From a virus (taxonomy: Duplodnaviria > Caudoviricetes), in IMG/VR virus record IMGVR_UViG_3300023119_000004: a stretch of DNA of 64,000 bases; one strand, given 5' to 3'. The position numbers and the translations under genes are program-made. The notes under the pieces were generated by a model. It saw nothing but the letters and a program-made list of their open reading frames with translations, ran no database searches and had not been told where the DNA came from. This document shows positions 56,477 through 64,000 of this stretch, piece by piece; the stretch's first letter is position 1; each line of letters begins with the position of its first letter.

Positions 56477-56914
56477 ATGGCAGATTTATACAAAAATATT
56501 AAGGTTAAAAGTCCAAAGGCTAACAACAATCCCCCGACGACAACTAATCGTGCTTATAAAGGATTGAGTACTGTAAACCCTGAAAATAACAGTACTGTAT
56601 TGTACGATATTGGATTAATTAAACAAGATTTGCTAAACCATTTTCACATAAGACAAGGTGAAAAATTAGAAAACCCGGAATTTGGAACAATTATTTGGGA
56701 CGCAATTCATGAACCTATGACAGAAAGCATGAAAGAAGCAATTACAAAGAATGTTCAAGATATTGTTGACGCTGATCCTAGGATTGTCGTTAATCAAGTT
56801 ACTATAGACACATACGAAAGTGGTATCTTAATTGATTGTGATTTAACTTATCTACCATACAATATTAGTGAAAAAATGCGTATGACATTTGACGACAGTA
56901 TGGGACTGATTTAA
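56477..56914 (+). CDS. gp25: Baseplate wedge subunit, gp25-like
   Basis: IKQDLLNHF..R.GEK..NPEFG..IW...EP, DPRI. Confidence 0.88.
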   Translation: MADLYKNIKVKSPKANNNPPTTTNRAYKGLSTVNPENNSTVLYDIGLIKQDLLNHFHIRQGEKLENPEFGTIIWDAIHEPMTESMKEAITKNVQDIVDADPRIVVNQVTIDTYESGILIDCDLTYLPYNISEKMRMTFDDSMGLI

Positions 56915-56962
56915 GTACGTAGTTAACTCAATCAAATAAATACTGTATAATAAGGAAAGCAA

Positions 56963-59900
56963 ATGTCATCGACAAATAGACAAAACAGATTATTAGTTGC
57001 AGAAGATTGGGCCAAAGTATACCAATCTTTCCGTAACGCAGAATTTAAGTCATATGATTTCGACAATCTACGTCGAACAATGATCTCTTATCTTAGAGAA
57101 AATTATCCAGAAGATTTTAACGATTACATCGAGTCAAGTGAGTATCTTGCATTAATCGACCTTATTGCTTTCCTAGGTCAAAACATTGCTTTCCGTATTG
57201 ATCTTAATGCAAGAGAAAACTTTTTAGAACTTGCTTCACGTAGAGAAAGTATTCTGCGTTTAGCACGTTTGTTGTCTTACAATCCTAAACGTAATATTGC
57301 CGCTAACGGCTTGTTAAAAATGGAAAGTATTACAACTAGTGAAGATGTAATTGACAGTAACGGTACTAACTTATCTGGACAAACTATTATTTGGAATGAT
57401 CCTTCAAATTCAAATTGGAGAGAGCAGTTTGATAGAACACTAAATGCGGCACTTCCTAATAACAGTCCGTACGGTAAGCCAATTAAGAAAGACAATGTTG
57501 AAGGAATTCCTACAGACCAATACAGACTTAATGCTTCAAACACTGATGTACCTGTTTACACATTTACAAAAAATGTTGATGGACGTAATTTACAATTCCA
57601 GATTGTTTCTACAGATGTTACTGATGGTATTATTTCTGAAGAAGCACCGTTACCAGGAAACAGTTTAGCATTTTTATATAGAGACGACGGTAGAGGTCCT
57701 GGATCAACTAACTCGGGATTTTTTGCACACTTTAGACAAGGTACACTTGACCAAGGCGAGTTTACAATTAATCGACCTAGTACTAACCAAACAGTAAACA
57801 TTGAAGCAACAAATGTTAATAATACTGACCTTTGGTTATACAAATTAAATTCGGTTGGTGCTGAAGATCAGTTATGGACCAAAGTTGATGCACTTGAAGG
57901 TAACAACATTGTTTATAACAGTACAAGAAAAGACCAAAGAAACGTTTACGCTGTGCTAACAAGAACAGGTGATGCTGTAGATCTTATTTTCTCAGACGGT
58001 ACATTTGGTAACTTACCTAAAGGTACATTTAGAACCTACTATAGAACAAGTGCTAATGATGAGTTTAATATTGTACCTGCAGATATGCAAAGTATTTCAG
58101 TTACAATTCCTTATACTTCTAAAGCAGGAAACCAAGAAACTTTAAACATTACATTTAGTTTAAAGTACACAGTTGATAACAGTTCATTTAGTGAAACAAA
58201 TGCAAGTATTAGAGATAATGCTCCTGCAACTTATTATACACAAAACAGAATGGTTACAGGTGAAGACTATCAAGTTGCACCATTAGCAGTTAGCCAAGAA
58301 ATTATTAAAGTTAAAACAGTAAACAGAACAGCAAGTGGTATTTCAAGATACTTTGATTTATTAGATGCAACAGGAAAATATTCTAGTACAAATATATTTG
58401 GTACTGATGGTGCATTGTATAAAGAAGATACTGTTAATAAAACTTCGTTTACTTTTTCAACAAGAACTGATGTTGAAGGAACTATTGAAAACGTAATTAC
58501 ACCAATCCTTTCACAAACAGAGCAGATTAATTTTTACTTAGACAAGTTTCCTAAAGTATTAGTTGCAGACTTACAAGCAACTTGGAAACAAAATAGCAGT
58601 GGAACAAATTACAGCACAGGTAGTTTAATTGAAACAGCAGATCAAAGATACCAAGTTGGTGTATTTACTGGTAGCGGATTAAGATTTATCGAAGCAGGAA
58701 GTTTGTGTAAATTTACTGCACCAACAGGATATCATTTTAAAGATGAAAAACTAGTAGTTGGACAAGCAAATTACACAGGATCAAAAACATATATGTGGTC
58801 CAAGGTTGTTAGTGTTGCTGGTGACGGCACAGTTGATAACGAGGACGGAACAGGTCCTATTATTTTTAATGATGTAGTTCCTGAAGGTGCAATTCTAATT
58901 GAAATTAGACCTAAGTTTGCACGTTCGTTAGTTGCTGACGTTAAATCACAAATTATTGATCAAATTTTTGCATATAAAACATTTGGGTTAAGATACGATT
59001 ACAGCCAACGTCAATGGCGTGTTGTTACAGAAAATAACTTAGACATTATTGGATCGTTTTCAACTGGTAAAACAGGCGATCTTACAAACCAGCAATTAGA
59101 TGCAAGTTGGTTGCTGTTATTTGAAACAGACGGCGAAACTTATAATGTTGAATATAGAGGACTTCGTTATGTTTTTGAAAGTAACGAAGAAATTAGATTC
59201 TATTATGATAGCAAAAATAAAATTTATGATAATACAACAGGACAGATTATAAAAGACAAAATTAAAGTACTATCAATTAATACTATGCCTGATGATACTT
59301 CTCCGTTCAACCTTGACTATGATTGGCAAGTTGTTAAAGAGTATAGAGATCCAGAAGGATACATTGATAGTAAAAAAGTAGAAGTTGGATTTTTTGATAC
59401 AGATGACGATTCTGTAGTTGATGACCCTGAAACATTTATTCAAGTAGTTGCACCTACAGTTAACCCAACATCTAAATGGGTGTTTACTAAAAAGTATGTT
59501 ACTACTGATAACATTGATGATTACAAATATGTTGATAACGATAGCGAAAATATTACTGTTGTAGAAAACGAAGGACTTGTTGGCTCACTAAGCGGATTAG
59601 CAGACGGTAAAACATTTTATATTGTAGCAACAGATGTGTTTAAAAAATACAACAAAACTTCAGGACTACTTGAATTAACTACAGATTATAGAGCCTACGT
59701 TGGAAGAGATAAAATAAAATTCCAATACATTCATTCTGCAGACGACGATTCAAGGATTGATCCAAGCAGTACTAATATAAACGATACCTATTTATTAACT
59801 AAGCAATATGATACTGCTTTTAGACTGTATTTGTCGGGTGTAACTGCAACCAAACCGTTACCACCTAGCAGTGATGCATTATTCAACAACTATGGTAGTG

Positions 59901-60385
59901 AAATTAATAAAATTAAATCAATTAGTGATGATGTAATTTATCATCCAGTTAAGTATAAAGTGTTATTTGGAAGCAAAGCGGATACAGATGTGCAGGCAAT
60001 ATTTAAAATTGTTAAAAACCCAGACGAAGTTGTAAACGACAACGACATTAAAGCACAAGTTGTTGCCGCAATCAATGAATTCTTTGCATTAGAGAATTGG
60101 GACTTTGGTGATACATTCCACTTTGCAGAACTAAGCACTTACATAATGAATAGAGTTACTCCTGACATTGTTAACTTAGTAATTGTTCCTAGACAAGATT
60201 CATCAGCATTTGGTAGTTTATTTGAAATTAAATCAGAAAACGATGAAATTTTTATTAGCGGAGCAACAGTTGACGATGTTGAGATTATTGATGCAATTAC
60301 AGCAAGTAGGCTTAAAGCATCAGGTAGTGTTGTAACATCAGGTACAGCAACAACATCAGGAATTGTAAGTGGAACAAGTTACTAG
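56963..60385 (+). CDS. gp6: Baseplate wedge subunit, gp6-like
   Basis: DFD.L......YL..NYPEDFNDY.ESS, ENFL..A.RRES...LA..L.YNP, QNRMVT.EDY. Confidence 0.88.
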   Translation: MSSTNRQNRLLVAEDWAKVYQSFRNAEFKSYDFDNLRRTMISYLRENYPEDFNDYIESSEYLALIDLIAFLGQNIAFRIDLNARENFLELASRRESILRLARLLSYNPKRNIAANGLLKMESITTSEDVIDSNGTNLSGQTIIWNDPSNSNWREQFDRTLNAALPNNSPYGKPIKKDNVEGIPTDQYRLNASNTDVPVYTFTKNVDGRNLQFQIVSTDVTDGIISEEAPLPGNSLAFLYRDDGRGPGSTNSGFFAHFRQGTLDQGEFTINRPSTNQTVNIEATNVNNTDLWLYKLNSVGAEDQLWTKVDALEGNNIVYNSTRKDQRNVYAVLTRTGDAVDLIFSDGTFGNLPKGTFRTYYRTSANDEFNIVPADMQSISVTIPYTSKAGNQETLNITFSLKYTVDNSSFSETNASIRDNAPATYYTQNRMVTGEDYQVAPLAVSQEIIKVKTVNRTASGISRYFDLLDATGKYSSTNIFGTDGALYKEDTVNKTSFTFSTRTDVEGTIENVITPILSQTEQINFYLDKFPKVLVADLQATWKQNSSGTNYSTGSLIETADQRYQVGVFTGSGLRFIEAGSLCKFTAPTGYHFKDEKLVVGQANYTGSKTYMWSKVVSVAGDGTVDNEDGTGPIIFNDVVPEGAILIEIRPKFARSLVADVKSQIIDQIFAYKTFGLRYDYSQRQWRVVTENNLDIIGSFSTGKTGDLTNQQLDASWLLLFETDGETYNVEYRGLRYVFESNEEIRFYYDSKNKIYDNTTGQIIKDKIKVLSINTMPDDTSPFNLDYDWQVVKEYRDPEGYIDSKKVEVGFFDTDDDSVVDDPETFIQVVAPTVNPTSKWVFTKKYVTTDNIDDYKYVDNDSENITVVENEGLVGSLSGLADGKTFYIVATDVFKKYNKTSGLLELTTDYRAYVGRDKIKFQYIHSADDDSRIDPSSTNINDTYLLTKQYDTAFRLYLSGVTATKPLPPSSDALFNNYGSEINKIKSISDDVIYHPVKYKVLFGSKADTDVQAIFKIVKNPDEVVNDNDIKAQVVAAINEFFALENWDFGDTFHFAELSTYIMNRVTPDIVNLVIVPRQDSSAFGSLFEIKSENDEIFISGATVDDVEIIDAITASRLKASGSVVTSGTATTSGIVSGTSY

Positions 60386-60402
60386 TAGAGGAATGATTAC
60401 TA

Positions 60403-63400
60403 ATGGCATTTAATGATAATCAGAATGATTCACCATTACCAGTAGGCGCTAATCAAAGTCGCAGAACAAGCGTCGACCATCTTCCGAGATATTTTAGAAC
60501 AGACACTAACAAAAAGTTTCTATCTGCTACACTTGACCAACTTTTAAGTCCGGGCGTTGCAGAAAAGATCTCTGCATACTACGGCCGTAGAATTGCAAAA
60601 GCAAGACAAGCAGATGACAACTATGTTGAAGATGTTTCAACTGCACGTGAAAATTATCAATTTGAACCAGCAACAATAGTTAAAGACGAACTTGATAACG
60701 TAACGTTTTACAAAGATTATAACGACTATAAAAACCAACTAAAAGCATTTGGCGGAACTGTTTCAAATGATGATGTTTTAAATAGACAAGAATATTACTC
60801 TTGGTCGCCAAAGATTAATTGGGATAAGTTTACTAACTTTAGAGAATATTATTGGTTACCAAACGGTCCAATTGGTATCGGTATTGTCGGACAAGCAAAA
60901 GATGTTGAAAGCACGTTTACTGTAACAAGCAAAGATAATGTTGACAATAGATCTTATTTGTTTACTCCAGACGGATTAACATCTAATCCTACATTAAAAT
61001 TATACAGAGGACAAACATATACGTTTGATATTAATGCTCCTGGTATGCCATTGACGTTTAGAACTGCACGTAGTTTAGATGCAGATGTTCTTTATACAGA
61101 CGGTATCGATGACAGCACAGGACAAACAGATGTAGGTACAGTCACCTTTGAAGTTGACATTAATGCACCCGATACGTTATATTATGTTAACGCAAATGAT
61201 ATTAATGCAAGTGGACTAATTAAAATTTACGACATTGTTGATAACAGTTTTATCGATGTTGAAAATGATGTTATTGGCAAAAAGTCTTATAAAATGAATA
61301 ATGGTTATGAACTTTCAAATGGTATGAAAGTTTATTTCCGAGGACAAGTAACCCCTGAAAAATATGCTAAAGGTGAATGGTATGTTGAAGGTGTTGGTGA
61401 TGCTATACGTTTAGTATCAGAACAGCAGTTACAGATCCCCGGAGCATACTCTACAGAAAAACCTGTTTTGTTTGATACAGAGGCATTTGACAGATTACCT
61501 TTTAGTAATGCAAACAGTTATGCTGGAACAAAAGATTATATTCTTATTAACCGTGCAAGTAAAAACTTAAATAGTTGGTCAAGATATAATAGATGGTTCC
61601 ATAGAGATGTAATTGAAACCACAGCAGTAATTAACAATATTGTTCCAGAGATTGATCAAGAAAATCGTGCAAAGCGTCCTATTATTGAATTTGACGCAGA
61701 TCTTAAATTGTTTAACTATGGAACTGAAGCAAAAGCAGATGTTGACTTAATTGATACATTCACACAAGATGTATTTTCAACTATTGAAGGACAACTAGGT
61801 TATAACATTGACGGACAAGATGTAACTGATGGTATGCGTATTTTGTTTAACGCAGACCCAGATTCATTTGTTGCTGGTAGAATTTTTAAAGTTAACTTTA
61901 TTACACACAATAATGTTAGACAAATTAGTTTAATTGAAGAAACTGATGGCAAGCCATTATTAAATGAAACCGTACTTGTTAAGCGTGGCAACGAAAACAA
62001 AGGTTTAATTTACTATTATGATGGAACAACTTGGAAAAAGACACAAGAAAAAACATCAGTAAACCAATCACCGTTGTTTGATTTGTATGATGATAGCGGA
62101 TATGTGTTTAACGACAGTACTGTTTATCCTAGTTCAACATTTGCTGGTAATAAATTATTCAGTTACAAACAAGGTACAGGTACAGTTGATTCTGAATTAG
62201 GTTTTGCTCTATCATATCGAGCATTAGAAAACACTGGTGATATTGTATTTGATTTTAATATTTCAGGTGACGAATTTAATTACCAAGACGGTACAGATAT
62301 CTTAACTGTTAAAACTGATATCGGTTTACTTAGAAAGTATACTACTAGAGAAGAATTTGATTATGTTAATGGCTGGGAAAAGGGTTTTGCTCACAGCCAA
62401 CAACTAGTACAAAGACAATATATTGTTGATACACAAACAAATGATTTTGCTATTGACGTTTACAATCGTAGCGGCGATCTTAATGACTTGTGGTACAGAG
62501 TTTATGTTAATGATGTTAGGAAAACAGATTTAGTAGACTTTAGTATTGTAAGAGTAAATGGAATTGCGTATGTTAACTTTATGAAACCGTTAACAGCCGG
62601 CGATAATCTATTAATTAAAACAAGAAGTGCAACAACAAAAAATTCAAATGGCGTTTATGAATTTCCAATTAATTTAGAACGCAATCCTCAGAATGAAAAT
62701 ATTAAATCGTTTACACTAGGCGAAGTAAATGATCACGTACAGAGTATTACAGAAAATTCAGACAAGTGGTCGGGAACATTTCCAGGTGTAAGTAATTTAC
62801 GAGATCTAGGATCTGTATCAACTTATGGTGACAAATTTGTACAGCATTCGGGTTTAACAAATTTAAGTTTATATCATATTACTAATAAAGATTCAAACAT
62901 TGTTAAGTCAATGCGTTTTGCTAAAAATGAATATGCTAAATTTAAACGGTTATTCTTACGTTCAGCAGAAACACTAGGCTTTGACGGTAATCTTCAAATA
63001 CACTTTGAGAAAGTAATAGCAGACGTTAACAAAAACAAAACTAACGATATGCCGTTCTTCTTTAGTGATATGATTGGCCATGGAACATTTAAATTAACAG
63101 AACATACAGTTAGAGATTCTGATCAAGGCTACTACAGTTTAAGACAGGATTTTAATTTAAGAACACTTTCAGATAAAGCAGTAGGTGTATATGTAAATGA
63201 TGTACAACTGATCGAAGGAGCAGATTATATCTTTGAAGAAGGTTTTGAAAGTTTTGTTAATATTACAAAAGTTTTAACTCCGGGTGATATAATTAAAATT
63301 TACGAGTTTGAAAGCACTAACGGATCATTTATTCCTCCAACACCAACTAAGTTTGGATTGTATCCTAAGTTTATTCCGTCTAAGTATATTGACGATACTT

Positions 63401-64000
63401 ATAGAGAGCCTGTAGAAGTAATTCAAGGACACGACGGCAGTATTTTTAAATGCTATGGTGACTATAGAGATGATTTATTATTAGAATTAGAAACTAGAAT
63501 CTATAATAATATTAAAGTACAATACGATACAAATTTAATTGACATTCATGAATTCCTAGGCGGCGAATTTAGAGATACGGGTATTACAGCAGAGTCGATT
63601 GATAAAGTTATGATTACTGACTTTACTGAATGGCTAACTATTTTAGGAAACCTGGACTACACTGATAATAGTTTTTATGAAAGAACAGATTCATTTACTT
63701 TTAACTACTCAAGAACACTAACACCTAAATTAACTAAAAGTTTAGGCTTCTGGAGATCAATTTACAAGAAAGCATATGATACTGATCGTCCTCATACCCA
63801 TCCATGGGAAATCTTAGGGTTTAGTATTAAACCTACATGGTGGAATGATGTATACGGTCCAGCGCCGTACACTAGTGAAAATAAAATTTTATGGACAGAC
63901 ATTGAAGAAGGCATTATTAGAGAACCTGGCAAGCCATTAGAATATAAATCACAATATGCTCGTCCTGGTGTAACTAATTGGATTCCAGTAGACGATAGCG
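60403..64000 (+). CDS. Giant baseplate wedge / virion protein (gp7-like position), 3'-truncated by window edge (not in supplied track)
   Basis: Manual translation from ATG 60403: MAFNDNQNDSPLPVGANQSRRTSVDHLPRYFRTDTNKKFLSATLDQL... Only the first ~155 codons were translated; continuation to the edge is inferred from the absence of any stop-terminated long ORF here in the track. Confidence 0.8.
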   Translation, partial: MAFNDNQNDSPLPVGANQSRRTSVDHLPRYFRTDTNKKFLSATLDQLLSPGVAEKISAYYGRRIAKARQADDNYVEDVSTARENYQFEPATIVKDELDNVTFYKDYNDYKNQLKAFGGTVSNDDVLNRQEYYSWSPKINWDKFTNFREYYWLPNGPIGIGIVGQAKDVESTFTVTSKDNVDNRSYLFTPDGLTSNPTLKLYRGQTYTFDINAPGMPLTFRTARSLDADVLYTDGIDDSTGQTDVGTVTFEVDINAPDTLYYVNANDINASGLIKIYDIVDNSFIDVENDVIGKKSYKMNNGYELSNGMKVYFRGQVTPEKYAKGEWYVEGVGDAIRLVSEQQLQIPGAYSTEKPVLFDTEAFDRLPFSNANSYAGTKDYILINRASKNLNSWSRYNRWFHRDVIETTAVINNIVPEIDQENRAKRPIIEFDADLKLFNYGTEAKADVDLIDTFTQDVFSTIEGQLGYNIDGQDVTDGMRILFNADPDSFVAGRIFKVNFITHNNVRQISLIEETDGKPLLNETVLVKRGNENKGLIYYYDGTTWKKTQEKTSVNQSPLFDLYDDSGYVFNDSTVYPSSTFAGNKLFSYKQGTGTVDSELGFALSYRALENTGDIVFDFNISGDEFNYQDGTDILTVKTDIGLLRKYTTREEFDYVNGWEKGFAHSQQLVQRQYIVDTQTNDFAIDVYNRSGDLNDLWYRVYVNDVRKTDLVDFSIVRVNGIAYVNFMKPLTAGDNLLIKTRSATTKNSNGVYEFPINLERNPQNENIKSFTLGEVNDHVQSITENSDKWSGTFPGVSNLRDLGSVSTYGDKFVQHSGLTNLSLYHITNKDSNIVKSMRFAKNEYAKFKRLFLRSAETLGFDGNLQIHFEKVIADVNKNKTNDMPFFFSDMIGHGTFKLTEHTVRDSDQGYYSLRQDFNLRTLSDKAVGVYVNDVQLIEGADYIFEEGFESFVNITKVLTPGDIIKIYEFESTNGSFIPPTPTKFGLYPKFIPSKYIDDTYREPVEVIQGHDGSIFKCYGDYRDDLLLELETRIYNNIKVQYDTNLIDIHEFLGGEFRDTGITAESIDKVMITDFTEWLTILGNLDYTDNSFYERTDSFTFNYSRTLTPKLTKSLGFWRSIYKKAYDTDRPHTHPWEILGFSIKPTWWNDVYGPAPYTSENKILWTDIEEGIIREPGKPLEYKSQYARPGVTNWIPVDDS

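Noticed and set aside
1-64000. Stop-codon reassignment (as in some large phages)
   Set aside because: Core genes are full-length in the standard code, and TAG terminates genes normally (for example at 56460 and 60385).

Overview
A 64-kb, AT-rich segment of a large T4-like (Tevenvirinae/Kyanoviridae-like) myovirus genome, translated in the standard code and probably from an aquatic environment (inferred; host cannot be determined). It contains the head module (gp20 portal, gp67-like core, gp21 protease, gp22 scaffold, gp23 capsid), a tape-measure-like gene, baseplate genes (gp26/gp51/gp48-54/gp53/gp27/gp5/gp25/gp6 and a giant gp7-like ORF running off the right edge), gp55 late sigma, gp47/gp46, and about 30 kb of tail-fibre/virion genes. 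Two long edge ORFs (1..1008 minus, 60403..64000 plus) are missing from the supplied track. No tRNA, rRNA, CRISPR array, integrase or transposase was seen. The most unusual elements are: (1) a minimal GIY-YIG nuclease with its own putative leaderless late promoter, followed directly by a ~390-nt highly structured non-coding region; (2) a free-standing sigma70-promoter / ~260-nt structured RNA / terminator unit between gp23 and a cold-shock gene; (3) three ~10%-cysteine Gly-rich adhesin-like paralogs interleaved with two fibre chaperones that share an identical 36-bp direct repeat; (4) a glycosyltransferase-SGNH-carbamoyltransferase-methyltransferase operon embedded among virion genes; (5) a virion protein with an intact type-1 copper ligand set; and (6) two structured 5' leaders on late structural genes. 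All family assignments are from motif recognition by eye; no database searches or folding programs were run.
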